63,977 nt of DNA, filler included, from Reclinomonas americana ATCC 50394 (GCA_048213135.1; 6 parts of 5 records of this genome joined end to end with filler, not necessarily neighbours in it), one strand, 5' to 3'; positions 12,521 through 23,646 are shown, counted from the whole stretch's first letter. Program-made: numbers and translations. Notes: generated from the sequence alone by a model not told the origin.

Positions 12521-13612
12521 ATGTCATCCGCCCCTCGTTCTCTCCCATGCCAGTGCTTGCGCGGGCACACTGACTCAGTGTACGCAGTCGCCATCACTCC
12601 CGATGGCCAGCACATCGTCAGCGGGAGTGGTGACAGAAGGATCCGGGTGTGGTCACTGGCAAGTGGCCAGCAGGTGCGACTGCTGAAGGGACACACGGAT
12701 GCTGTGCACGGTGTTGCCGTCACTCCCGACGGTCGGCACGTGGTAAGTGGCAGCTGGGACCACTCCGTGCGTGTCTGGTCACTGGCAAGCGGAAAAGAGG
12801 TGCGACGGCCGACGACTCACCACCTGAGTGTGACCTCGGTTGCTGTCACTCCCGATGGCCTGCACATAGTCAGTGGAAGTGCTGATACGACCGTGCGTGT
12901 GTGGGCACTGGCGAGTGGCGCTGAGGTGCGACAGTTGAAGGGACACACCACGACGGTGTCGTCAGTCGCTGTCTCTCCCGATGGTCAGCACGTGGTGAGT
13001 GGGAGCGCAGATGGCAGTGTGCGCGTGTGGTGCCTGGCGAGTGGAGCTGAGGTGCGACGACTTGATGGACACACCGACTGGGTATCCTGTGTTGCTGTCA
13101 CTCCCGATGGCCAGCACATAGTGAGTTGCAGTTATGAGGAGACAGTGCGAGTGCGGTCACTGGCGAGTGGGGAGGAGGTACGGTGGTTGGAGGGGCACGC
13201 TGGCTTTGTCAAATCGATCTCTGTCACTCCCGATGGTCGGTACGTGGTGACTGGGGGCGAGGACGAGACGGTGCGTGTTTTGTCACTGGCCACGGGCAAG
13301 GAAGTCCGCCGACTGCACGGTCACTCTTATGCGGTGGAATGTGTGGCCGCCACTCCCGATGGTCATCACATAGTGAGTGGGAGTGACGACGATACGGTGC
13401 GAGTGTGGTCCACGCCGAGCGGTCTCGCTCAGCAGGAGCTCGACTGCGCCCGTTCCGCGATGCGCATTGTGCAAGAGATGCAACAAGACAGCGAAGGGGG
13501 AGATGAGGACGATCCAAGACGCCTGGTGGAGATTGTGCTGCGCTGCTTCCTGGTGGAGGAGGCGGAGGTGGTTGTTTACAGGTGCTTTGCCGATGGTGGT
13601 TTTTCATTGTAG
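12521..13612 (+). CDS. WD40 array gene 2
   Basis: ATG at 12521 (MSSAPRSLPCQCLRGH), 7 repeats, same tail. Confidence 0.93.
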   Translation: MSSAPRSLPCQCLRGHTDSVYAVAITPDGQHIVSGSGDRRIRVWSLASGQQVRLLKGHTDAVHGVAVTPDGRHVVSGSWDHSVRVWSLASGKEVRRPTTHHLSVTSVAVTPDGLHIVSGSADTTVRVWALASGAEVRQLKGHTTTVSSVAVSPDGQHVVSGSADGSVRVWCLASGAEVRRLDGHTDWVSCVAVTPDGQHIVSCSYEETVRVRSLASGEEVRWLEGHAGFVKSISVTPDGRYVVTGGEDETVRVLSLATGKEVRRLHGHSYAVECVAATPDGHHIVSGSDDDTVRVWSTPSGLAQQELDCARSAMRIVQEMQQDSEGGDEDDPRRLVEIVLRCFLVEEAEVVVYRCFADGGFSL

Positions 13613-13808
13613 GCGGAGAGTCGTCTCTCTCTCTTTACATTCTTTCCCAGTGTGTTTGTGCGTGCCTCCGTCCACGATCGCTTGGCCTCTCCGAGTTCAG
13701 TAAACAGTCACGCAACGACACCCAGTGCCGACGTTCCGACGTGCAGACTCGTCCCTTCTTTCAAGGACAACTCTTTCTTATCCGTCGTCTCATTACTCCA
13801 CGCCTACC

Positions 13809-14876
13809 ATGTCCTCACCTGCCTGCCCACTCACGTGTAAGCGCCTGCAAGGGCACCTCGGCACAGTCCGGTCAATCGCCTTCACCCGCGACGGGCACCA
13901 CATCGTCACGGGGAGTTTCGACAAGACCATACGTGTGTGGTCTCTTGCCAGTGGCCAGGAAGTGCGTCGACTGGAGGGTCACTCCAACTTTGTGTGGTCC
14001 ATTGCTGTGACGCACGACAGTCGACACGTGGTGAGCGGGAGCTTGGACTCGACTGCGCGCGTGTGGTCGCTGGTCAGTGGTGAACAAGTGCGCAAGCTGG
14101 AGGGACACAAGCAGGGAGTGCTGTCCGTTGCGGTGACACCCGATGACCAGCATGTGGTGAGTGGGAGTGGGGACGAGACCGTGCGGGTGTGGTCGCTGGC
14201 GAGTGGGGAGCAAGTGCACAGATTGGATGCACGCGCTGGCGCGGTGTTCACCGTGGCTGTCACGCCAGATGGCCAGCACATTGTTAGTGGAGGCTACGAT
14301 GATGCGGTGCGCGTGTGGTCGCTGGCGAGTGGCGAGCTGGTGCGACTGTTGGAAGGACATCGTGGTGGAGTGTCGGCGGTGGCCGTCACTCGCGACGGGC
14401 AGCACGTGGTCAGCGGTCACGGTGTGTGGTCGCTGACCAGTGGCCAGCACCTGCGATCCTTGGAGTATCATACTGACTGGGTGTCGTGTGTTGCCGTCGC
14501 TCCCGATGGTCTGCACTTTGCCACGGGGAGCGGCGACCAGCTGGTGAGAGTGTGGTCGCTGGCGAGTGGACACGAAGTGCGACGACTGCCGCAACACCCC
14601 GACTTTGTGCGCAGCATTGCCTTTTCTCCCGACGGGCAGCACATGGTGAGCGGCTGCGACGATACGATTGTTCGCGTGTGGTCGTCGCCGTGTGGTCTCG
14701 CTCGACAGGAGCTCGACTGTGCGCGCTCGACACTGCATGTCGTGCAGGAGATGCAGGGGGAGGAGGAAGAGGATGATGTGCGCTGCTTGGTGGAGATTGT
14801 GCTGCGGTGCTTTGTGGTGGAGGAGGCGGAGGTGGTCGTTCACCATTGCCTTGTCGATGACAGTCTCCGACTGTGA
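13809..14876 (+). CDS. WD40 array gene 3; repeat 5 has a short in-frame deletion
   Basis: MSSPACPLTCKRLQGH start. Repeat 5 reads VSGHGVWSL and lacks the DxTVR segment. Same tail. Confidence 0.92.
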   Translation: MSSPACPLTCKRLQGHLGTVRSIAFTRDGHHIVTGSFDKTIRVWSLASGQEVRRLEGHSNFVWSIAVTHDSRHVVSGSLDSTARVWSLVSGEQVRKLEGHKQGVLSVAVTPDDQHVVSGSGDETVRVWSLASGEQVHRLDARAGAVFTVAVTPDGQHIVSGGYDDAVRVWSLASGELVRLLEGHRGGVSAVAVTRDGQHVVSGHGVWSLTSGQHLRSLEYHTDWVSCVAVAPDGLHFATGSGDQLVRVWSLASGHEVRRLPQHPDFVRSIAFSPDGQHMVSGCDDTIVRVWSSPCGLARQELDCARSTLHVVQEMQGEEEEDDVRCLVEIVLRCFVVEEAEVVVHHCLVDDSLRL

Positions 14877-15928
14877 ATAAAGGGTCGCGCGATGTGCAGC
14901 TGCAGCCAGCCAGGGTCCACGATAGACTTCGACCTTTGCAGTACGATATCTGTCTTGCGAAAGCAGGGAAAANNNNNNNNNNNNNNNNNNNNNNNNNNNN
15001 NNNNNNNNNNNNNNNNNNNNNNNNNNNNNNNNNNNNNNNNNNNNNNNNNNNNNNNNNNNNNNNNNNNNNNNNNNNNNNNNNNNNNNNNNNNNNNNNNNNN
15101 NNNNNNNNNNNNNNNNNNNNNNNNNNNNNNNNNNNNNNNNNNNNNNNNNNNNNNNNNNNNNNNNNNNNNNNNNNNNNNNNNNNNNNNNNNNNNNNNNNNN
15201 NNNNNNNNNNNNNNNNNNNNNNNNNNNNNNNNNNNNNNNNNNNNNNNNNNNNNNNNNNNNNNNNNNNNNNNNNNNNNNNNNNNNNNNNNNNNNNNNNNNN
15301 NNNNNNNNNNNNNNNNNNNNNNNNNNNNNNNNNNNNNNNNNNNNNNNNNNNNNNNNNNNNNNNNNNNNNNNNNNNNNNNNNNNNNNNNNNNNNNNNNNNN
15401 NNNNNNNNNNNNNNNNNNNNNNNNNNNNNNNNNNNNNNNNNNNNNNNNNNNNNNNNNNNNNNNNNNNNNNNNNNNNNNNNNNNNNNNNNNNNNNNNNNNN
15501 NNNNNNNNNNNNNNNNNNNNNNNNNNNNNNNNNNNNNNNNNNNNNNNNNNNNNNNNNNNNNNNNNNNNNNNNNNNNNNNNNNNNNNNNNNNNNNNNNNNN
15601 NNNNNNNNNNNNNNNNNNNNNNNNNNNNNNNNNNNNNNNNNNNNNNNNNNNNNNNNNNNNNNNNNNNNNNNNNNNNNNNNNNNNNNNNNNNNNNNNNNNN
15701 NNNNNNNNNNNNNNNNNNNNNNNNNNNNNNNNNNNNNNNNNNNNNNNNNNNNNNNNNNNNNNNNNNNNNNNNNNNNNNNNNNNNNNNNNNNNNNNNNNNN
15801 NNNNNNNNNNNNNNNNNNNNNNNNNNNNNNNNNNNNNNNNNNNNNNNNNNNNNNNNNNNNNNNNNNNNNNNNNNNNNNNNNNNNNNNNNNNNNNNNNNNN
15901 NNNNNNNNNNNNNNNNNNNNNNNNNNNN

Positions 15929-16932
15929 AGGCATCGTGGATTCTCATCGTCACCATCTCCTTCACAGTCTTGCTGCATCTCCTGCACCACGCGCATGGCC
16001 GTCTGCGCATACTTGAGCTCCTGCTGAGCGAGACCGCACGGCGTCGACCACACCCGCACAAGTGAGTCCCCACCCGCACTCACAATGTGGCGACCATCAA
16101 GGGAGACAGCGACAGAACACACTGGACCAGTGTGCCCCACCAACCGCTGCACCTCCTTGCCACTCGCAAGTGACCACACGCGCACCGTCATGTCAAGGCT
16201 GCCACTCACGATGTGCTGACTGTCGTGAGTGACAGCGACTGACCACGCAGAGTTCCTGTGTCCCTTCAGCCGTCGCACTTGTCTTCCGCTTGCCACAGAC
16301 CACACTCGTACGGTCCCGTTATAACAGCCACCTACGATATGCTGACCGTCGGGAGTGACGGCAATCGGCCGCAGAGCGCCTGTATGTCCCTCCAACCGAC
16401 GCACTTCTTCTCCACTCGCCAGCGACCACATTCGCGCAGTGCTGTCTCCACTCACAATATGCTGTCCGTCGGGAGTGACGGCGACTGAATGCACAGTGTT
16501 AGTGTGTCCCTCCAATCGTCGCACCTCTCTTCCGCTCGCCAGTGACCACACCCGCACTGTCTTGTCCTGGCCTCCACTCACAATGTGCTGGCCATCTGGA
16601 GTGACGGCGACACAGTATACCCACGAGGTGTGCCCCTCCAATCGTCGCTCCTCTTCTCCACCACCCACTGACCACACTCGCACAGTGTTGTCAGCACTTC
16701 CACTCACAACATGCTGACCATCGGGAGTAACGGCGACAGCGAGCACCATCTGGGAGTGCCCCTCCAATCGTCGCACTTCTTCGCCTCTCTCCACTGACCA
16801 CACTCGAACGGTGTGATCGATTCCGCCACTCACGCAGTGCAGCCCATCTGGAGTGACGGCGACGGAATAGATAATGTCCATGTGTCCGCGCAGGCACTTG
16901 CAGGGGAGAGGGAGTGGAGGAGGACAGGTCAT
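15929..16932 (-). CDS. WD40 array gene 4, main part; contig probably mis-oriented
   Basis: MTCPPPLPLPCKCLRGH, 7 repeats, ends at a gap in ...DDENPRC. The sequence continues exactly into the fragment at 18380-18293. Confidence 0.92.
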
Positions 16933-17399
16933 GGAGTGCGTGCGCGTGACTCGTGAGAGAGGTCAGTGAAGCTTGTCCTCCTCGGAAGGGACATCGTCGA
17001 AGACTTAGGTCGTCGCTCGTCAACGCTGGGTCAACATGACTGTTTACTGCGTGGAGACTACGATANNNNNNNNNNNNNNNNNNNNNNNNNNNNNNNNNNN
17101 NNNNNNNNNNNNNNNNNNNNNNNNNNNNNNNNNNNNNNNNNNNNNNNNNNNNNNNNNNNNNNNNNNNNNNNNNNNNNNNNNNNNNNNNNNNNNNNNNNNN
17201 NNNNNNNNNNNNNNNNNNNNNNNNNNNNNNNNNNNNNNNNNNNNNNNNNNNNNNNNNNNNNNNNNNNNNNNNNNNNNNNNNNNNNNNNNNNNNNNNNNNN
17301 NNNNNNNNNNNNNNNNNNNNNNNNNNNNNNNNNNNNNNNNNNNNNNNNNNNNNNNNNNNNNNNNNNNNNNNNNNNNNNNNNNNNNNNNNNNNNNNNNNN

Positions 17400-17990
17400 G
17401 GGAGTGACAGCGACTGACCGCACCCCATTTGTATGGCCCGTCAACCATCGCACTTCCTCGCCACTCTCCAGAGACCACACACACACCGTGGTGTCAATGC
17501 TGCCACTCACGACATGCTGCCCGTCGGGAGTGACAGCGACTGAATACACGATGTTAGCGTGTCCCTCCAACCGACGCAGCTCATCTCCACTCGCCAGTGA
17601 CCACACTCGCACTGTCTTGTCCCGGCTTCCGCTCACGGCATGCTGACCGTCGGGGGTGACAGTGACAGAGAACACAGTGTCAGTGTGACCCTTGAACAGC
17701 CACACTTCCTCACCAGTCGCCAGTGACCACACTCGCACCGTCATGTCTCCACTTCCACTCACCACATGCTGCCCGTTGGGAGTGATGGCGACACACATAA
17801 CTGCTAGTGCGTGACCCTCCATCCGTCGCACTTCTGCGCCACTCGCCAGAGACCAGATGCGCACTGTCTTGTCCGCTCCACCACTCGCAATGTGCATGCC
17901 GTCGGGAGTGACGGCGACGGAGTACACACTGTTTGTGTGTCCGCGAAGGGTCTTGCAGGGGAGAGAGGGTGGTGGAGGAGGAGAAGACAT
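17400..17990 (-). CDS. WD40 array gene 5, partial (3' part lost in a gap)
   Basis: MSSPPPPPSLPCKTLRGH followed by just over 4 repeats before the Ns. Confidence 0.88.
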
Positions 17991-18292
17991 GATGTGCGTG
18001 TGTGTGCGTGACTCGTGATTTGTCGCTTGTCCTTCACGGCAGGGACATATGTTGTCGAAGACGAAGCACGTCAGCGACCCGCTGGGTGATGCTTTACTGA
18101 ACGGAAATGGAAGCAGCGGGATAGATCCCCATTGCGTTCGCAAGAGAGCGGGAATGTCTCGAGAGGGACTTTCGTGAAAACGGACAGACTGTGAAATGGG
18201 AGGAACGAGGGAAAGAGGGAGGGAGGGAGGGAGGGAGGGAGGGAGGGAGAGAGAGAGAGGCACTCGTCCATGCCAGGTGAAGTTCACTGCGA

Positions 18293-18380
18293 TCACAGTC
18301 GGAGACTGCTGTCAGTGAAGCACCGATGAACCACGACCTCTGCCTCCTCCACCAGGAAGCAGCGGAGCACAATCTCCACC
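18293..18380 (-). CDS. C-terminal tail fragment, most likely the 3' end of WD40 gene 4
   Basis: Reads VEIVLRCFLVEEAEVVVHRCFTDSSLRL*. Joining ...CCACGATGCCT (15929) to GGTGGAGATT... (18380) gives in-frame PRCLVEI. Confidence 0.85.
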
Positions 18381-18889
18381 NNNNNNNNNNNNNNNNNNNN
18401 NNNNNNNNNNNNNNNNNNNNNNNNNNNNNNNNNNNNNNNNNNNNNNNNNNNNNNNNNNNNNNNNNNNNNNNNNNNNNNNNNNNNNNNNNNNNNNNNNNNN
18501 NNNNNNNNNNNNNNNNNNNNNNNNNNNNNNNNNNNNNNNNNNNNNNNNNNNNNNNNNNNNNNNNNNNNNNNNNNNNNNNNNNNNNNNNNNNNNNNNNNNN
18601 NNNNNNNNNNNNNNNNNNNNNNNNNNNNNNNNNNNNNNNNNNNNNNNNNNNNNNNNNNNNNNNNNNNNNNNNNNNNNNNNNNNNNNNNNNNNNNNNNNNN
18701 NNNNNNNNNNNNNNNNNNNNNNNNNNNNNNNNNNNNNNNNNNNNNNNNNNNNNNNNNNNNNNNNNNNNNNNNNNCTCTGTCATGTTGCATCACCCAGCGT
18801 TGACGAGCGACGACGCAAGTCTCGGGCAAGAAATGTCCCTCCGCAGAGGACAAGCAACTCTCACCTGTCACACGCGCCTCACGCACATC

Positions 18890-19984
18890 ATGTCCTCTCC
18901 TCCTCCTCCTCCTTCTCTGCCCTGCAAGTGTCTGCGCGGGCACACAGACAGTGTGTTTTCTGTCGCCTTCACTGCTGATGGGCTGCACTTCGTGAGTGGT
19001 GGAGCCGGCACGGAAGTGAGCATCTGGTCAGTGGAAAGCGGCGCAGAAGTGCGGCGATTGGAGGGACACACTGGGTGGGTGATGTCTGTCGCCCTCACTC
19101 CCGATGGTCAGCACATAGTGAGCGGAAGCGCTGATAGAACTGTGCGAGCGTGGTCACTGGCGACTGGTGAGGAATTGCGGCTGATGAAAGGACACTCTGC
19201 GTGGGTGTTATCTGCCGTCGTCACTCCAGATGGCCAGCACGTCGTGAGCGGAGGCCAGGACATGACAGTGCGGGTGTGGTCACTGGCGAGCGGAGAGGAG
19301 GTGCGGCGGTTGGAGGGACACACTAACTCTGTGTGGTCTGTTGCCGTCACTCCCGATGGTCAGCATGTCGTGAGCGGCAGCGCTGACACCACGGTGCGAG
19401 TGTGGTCTCTGGAGAGTGGCGAGGAAGTGCGACGGTTGGCGGGCCATACAAATGGGGTGCGGTCGGTCGCCATCACGCCAGACAGTTGCTTCATTGTGAG
19501 CGGTGGCGAGGACAGAATACTGCGGCTGTGGTCACTGACGAGTGGAGAGGAAGTGCGACGACTGGAGGGACACACTGACACCGTGTGGTCAGTCAGCGTC
19601 ACTCCCGACGGCCACCATGTAGTGAGCGGGAGCGGTGACAGAACTGTACGCGTGTGGTCACTGGAGAGTGGCGAGGAAGTGCGACGGCTGGGGGGACACG
19701 CTGGTGATGTGTATGCTGTCACCGTTGCACGTGACGGTGAGCACATTGTGAGTGGTGGCTTGGATACGACGGTGCGCTTGTGGTCGACGCCGTGCGGGCT
19801 CGCTCAGCAGGAGCTCAAGTTCGCGCGGACGGCCATGCGCATCGTGCAGGAGATGCAGCAGGACGTGGAAGAGGAGGAGGAGGATCCGCGTTGCTTGTTG
19901 GAGATTGTGCTGCGCTGTTTCTTGGTTGAGGAAGCAGAGGTTGTTGTCTATCGGTGCTTTACTGACAGCAGTCTCCGACTGTGA
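18890..19984 (+). CDS. WD40 array gene 6
   Basis: MSSPPPPPSLPCKCLRGH, 7 repeats, tail ending FTDSSLRL*. Confidence 0.95.
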   Translation: MSSPPPPPSLPCKCLRGHTDSVFSVAFTADGLHFVSGGAGTEVSIWSVESGAEVRRLEGHTGWVMSVALTPDGQHIVSGSADRTVRAWSLATGEELRLMKGHSAWVLSAVVTPDGQHVVSGGQDMTVRVWSLASGEEVRRLEGHTNSVWSVAVTPDGQHVVSGSADTTVRVWSLESGEEVRRLAGHTNGVRSVAITPDSCFIVSGGEDRILRLWSLTSGEEVRRLEGHTDTVWSVSVTPDGHHVVSGSGDRTVRVWSLESGEEVRRLGGHAGDVYAVTVARDGEHIVSGGLDTTVRLWSTPCGLAQQELKFARTAMRIVQEMQQDVEEEEEDPRCLLEIVLRCFLVEEAEVVVYRCFTDSSLRL

Positions 19985-20288
19985 TCGTGATGCAGTGGGC
20001 CCTCTTGGTAAGAGCGTCCTTCTCTCTTTCTCTCTCTCCTTGCCTGCATTCTTCCCTCTTTTCTTGCTCCAGTCTTCACACGAGTTTATCTGTGGTGATT
20101 TCCTGCCTCTCCCGCTCTCTTGTGAACGCAACGGGGATCTATCCCGCTGCTTCCGTTTCCGTTCAGTAAACTCTGTCATGGTGCATCACCCAGCGTTGAC
20201 GAGCGACGACGCAAGTCTCCGGCAAGGAATGTCCCCTCCGTAGAGGACACGCAACTCTCTGACCTTACCTCTCACAGTCACGCACATC

Positions 20289-20608
20289 ATGTCCTCTCCT
20301 CCTCCTCCCCCGCCCTCTCTCCCCTGCAAGTGCCTGCGCGGACACACAAGCAGTGTGCACTCCGTCGCCGTCACTCCCGACGGCATGCACATTGCGAGTG
20401 GTGGAGCGGACAAGACAGTGCGCATCTGGTCTCTGGCGAGTGGCGCAGAAGTGCGACAGATGGAGGGTCACGCACTCGCAGTAATGTGTGTCGCCGTCAC
20501 TCCCAACGGCCAGCATGTTGTGAGCGGAAGTGGAGACATGACGGTGCGAGTGTGGTCACTGGCGACTGGTGAGGAAGTGCAGCGGATGAAGGGGCATACT
20601 TCATGGGT
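20289..20608 (+). CDS. WD40 array gene 7, partial (gap after repeat 2)
   Basis: MSSPPPPPPSLPCKCLRGH plus 2 repeats, then a short N gap that runs straight into the upstream region of the next gene. Confidence 0.8.
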
Positions 20609-20750
20609 ANNNNNNNNNNNNNNNNNNNNGTACACAGTCATGTTGCTTCACCCAGCGGGTCGTTGACGTGCTTCGTCTTCGACAACATATGTCCCTGCCG
20701 TGGAGGACAAGCGACAAATCACGAACGACGGAGTCACGCACACGCACTCG

Positions 20751-21848
20751 ATGGCGTCTCCTCCTCCTCCTCCTTCTCTGCCCTGCAAGTGTCTGCGCGG
20801 GCACACAGACAGTGTGTTTTCCGTTGCCTTCACTGCTGATGGGCTGCACTTCGTGAGTGGTGGAGCCGGCACGGAAGTGAGCATCTGGTCAGTGGAAAGC
20901 GGCGCTGAAGTGCGGCGATTGGAGGGACACACTGGGTGGGTGATGTCTGTCGCCCTCACTCCCGATGGTCAGCACATAGTGAGCGGAAGCGCTGATAGAA
21001 CTGTGCGAGTGTGGTCACTGGCGACTGGTGAGGAATTGCGGCTGATGAAAGGACACTCTGCGTGGGTGTTATCTGCCGTCGTCACTCCAGATGGCCAGCA
21101 CGTCGTGAGCGGAGGCCAGGACATGACAGTGCGGGTGTGGTCACTGGCGAGTGGAGAGGAGGTGCGGCGATTGGAGGGACATACTAACACTGTGTATTCA
21201 ATCGCTGTCACTCCCGACGGGCAGCATGTCGTGAGCGGCAGCGCCGACACCACGGTGCGTGTGTGGTCTCTGGAGAGTGGCGAGGAAGTGCGACGGTTGG
21301 CGGGCCATACAAATGGGGTGCGGTCGGTCGCCATCACACCAGACAATTGCTTCATTGTGAGCGGCGGCGAGGACAGAATACTGCGGCTGTGGTCACTGAC
21401 GAGTGGTGAGGAGCTTCGGCAGTTGAAAGGTCACACTGACACCGTGTGGTCAGTCAGCGTCACTCCCGACGGCCAACATGTAGTGAGCGGGAGCGGTGAC
21501 AGAACTGTGCGAGTGTGGTCACTGGAGATTGGTGATGAGGTGCGGCGGCTGGGGGGACACGCTGGTGATGTGTATGCTGTCACCGTTGCACGTGACGGTG
21601 AGCACATTGTGAGTGGTGGCTTGGATACGACGGTGCGCTTGTGGTCGACGCCGTGCGGGCTCGCTCGTCAGGAGCAGGGGTGTGCACGGACGGCCATGCG
21701 TATCGTGCAGGAGATGCAGCAAGAAGTGGAAGAGAGTGACGATGAGAATCCACGATGCCTGGTGGAGATTGCGCTTCGCTGTTTCCTGGTGGAGGAAGCA
21801 GAGGTTGTTGTCTATCGGTGCTTTACCAACAGCAGTCTCGGACTGTGA
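20751..21848 (+). CDS. WD40 array gene 8, near-duplicate of gene 6
   Basis: MASPPPPPSLPCKCLRGH, 7 repeats, tail variant LARQEQGCARTAM. Confidence 0.95.
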   Translation: MASPPPPPSLPCKCLRGHTDSVFSVAFTADGLHFVSGGAGTEVSIWSVESGAEVRRLEGHTGWVMSVALTPDGQHIVSGSADRTVRVWSLATGEELRLMKGHSAWVLSAVVTPDGQHVVSGGQDMTVRVWSLASGEEVRRLEGHTNTVYSIAVTPDGQHVVSGSADTTVRVWSLESGEEVRRLAGHTNGVRSVAITPDNCFIVSGGEDRILRLWSLTSGEELRQLKGHTDTVWSVSVTPDGQHVVSGSGDRTVRVWSLEIGDEVRRLGGHAGDVYAVTVARDGEHIVSGGLDTTVRLWSTPCGLARQEQGCARTAMRIVQEMQQEVEESDDENPRCLVEIALRCFLVEEAEVVVYRCFTNSSLGL

Positions 21849-22419
21849 TCGTGGTGCAGTGAACTTCACCTGGCATGGAAGAGCGCCTCTTTCTCCCTCC
21901 CTCTCTGTCTCCCTCCCTCCCTCCCTCTTTCCCTCGTTTCTCCTCCCTTTTCTCAGTCTGTCCGTTTTCACGAAGTCCCGCTCGAGGGCATTCCCGCTCT
22001 GTTGTGAACGCAACGGGGATCTATCCCGCTGCTTNNNNNNNNNNNNNNNNNNNNNNNNNNNNNNNNNNNNNNNNNNNNNNNNNNNNNNNNNNNNNNNNNN
22101 NNNNNNNNNNNNNNNNNNNNNNNNNNNNNNNNNNNNNNNNNNNNNNNNNNNNNNNNNNNNNNNNNNNNNNNNNNNNNNNNNNNNNNNNNNNNNNNNNNNN
22201 NNNNNNNNNNNNNNNNNNNNNNNNNNNNNNNNNNNNNNNNNNNNNNNNNNNNNNNNNNNNNNNNNNNNNNNNNNNNNNNNNNNNNNNNNNNNNNNNNNNN
22301 NNNNNNNNNNNNNNNNNNNNNNNNNNNNNNNNNNNNNNNNNNNNNNNNNNNNNNNNNNNNNNNNNNNNNNNNNNNNNNNNNNNNNNNNNNNNNNNNNNNN
22401 NNNNNNNNNNNNNNNNNNC

Positions 22420-22551
22420 CGTTTCCGTTCAGTAAACTCTGTCATGTTCATCACCCAGCGTTGACAAGCGACGACCTAAGTCTCCGGCAAGATCGATATG
22501 TCCCTGCCGTGGAGGACAAGCGACAAATCACGAGTCACGCGCACGCACTCC
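22420..22551 (+). promoter_or_regulatory. Representative copy of the conserved upstream module of the WD40 genes (CAGTAAAC box + TGTCC-N10-GGACA palindrome)
   Basis: The same two motifs occur at similar distances upstream of almost every array ATG, including the divergent genes 2 and 3. Confidence 0.55.
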
Positions 22552-23646
22552 ATGACCTCTCCTCCTCCACTCCCTCTCCCCTACAAGACCCTGCGCGGAC
22601 ACACAAACACTGTGTACTCCGTCGCCGTCACTCCCGACGGCATGAGCATTGTGAGTGGTGGAGCCGACCTCACAGTTCGAGTGTGGTCAGTGGAGAGTGG
22701 AGAAGAGCTGCGGCGAATGGTGGGCCACGTACTCGCAGTTATGTGTGTCGCCATCACTCCCAACGGCCAGCATGTAGTGAGCGGGAGCGCTGACAGAACG
22801 GTGCGAGTGTGGTCACTGGCGACTGGCGAGGAAGTTCGACGATTGGAGGGACACTCTTCGTGGATATACTGTGTCGTCGTCACTCCTGATGGCCAGTATA
22901 TAGTGAGCGGAAGCCAGGACAAGACAGCGCGAGTGTGGTCACTGGCGAGTGGAGATGAGCTGCGTCGGTTGGAGGGACACACTAACATTGTGTATTCAGT
23001 CGCTGTCACTCCCGACGGGCAGCATGTCGTGAGTGGCAGCGCTGATGCCACGGTGCGAGTGTGGACTCTGGTGAGTGGGGAGGAAGTGCGGCGGTTGGTG
23101 GGTCATGCCGACGCTGTGCGATCAGTCGCTGTCACTCCCGACTGTCAGCATGTTGTGAGTGGGAGTGGAGACAACACGGTCCGGGTGTGGTCACTCGCGA
23201 GCGGAGAGGGAGCGCGACAGATGGAGGGGCACACTTGGGGTGTGTGGTCAGTCAACGTCTCCACCGACGGCCGACATGTTGTCAGCGGGAGTCGAGATAT
23301 GACAGTGCGCGTGTGGTCGCTGGCGAGCGGAGAGGAGGTGCGACGGTTGGAGGGGCACACACGTGCGCTGTATTGTGTCGCCATCTCACCCGATGGACAG
23401 CACGTAGTAAGTGGTGGCTTGGATACGACGGTGCGCTTGTGGTCGACGCCGTGCGGGCTCGCTCGTCAGGAGCAGGGGTGTGCACGGACGGCCATGCGTA
23501 TCCTGCAGGAGATGCAGCAAGAAGTGGAAGAGGGTGACGATGAGAATTCACGATGCCTGGTGGAGATTGTGCTTCGCTGTTTCCTGGTGGAGGAAGCAGA
23601 GGTTGTTGTCTATCGGTGCTTCACTGACAGCAGTCTCGGACTGTGA
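22552..23646 (+). CDS. WD40 array gene 9
   Basis: MTSPPPLPLPYKTLRGH, 7 repeats, conserved tail. Confidence 0.95.
   Translation: MTSPPPLPLPYKTLRGHTNTVYSVAVTPDGMSIVSGGADLTVRVWSVESGEELRRMVGHVLAVMCVAITPNGQHVVSGSADRTVRVWSLATGEEVRRLEGHSSWIYCVVVTPDGQYIVSGSQDKTARVWSLASGDELRRLEGHTNIVYSVAVTPDGQHVVSGSADATVRVWTLVSGEEVRRLVGHADAVRSVAVTPDCQHVVSGSGDNTVRVWSLASGEGARQMEGHTWGVWSVNVSTDGRHVVSGSRDMTVRVWSLASGEEVRRLEGHTRALYCVAISPDGQHVVSGGLDTTVRLWSTPCGLARQEQGCARTAMRILQEMQQEVEEGDDENSRCLVEIVLRCFLVEEAEVVVYRCFTDSSLGL

Noticed and set aside
22498..22551. Upstream in-frame ATG (MSLPWRTSDK…) as the true start of the WD40 genes
   Set aside because: That ATG is part of the palindromic element and is out of frame in other paralogs (genes 7, 8, 11). 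The MSSPPPP ATG is the conserved one.
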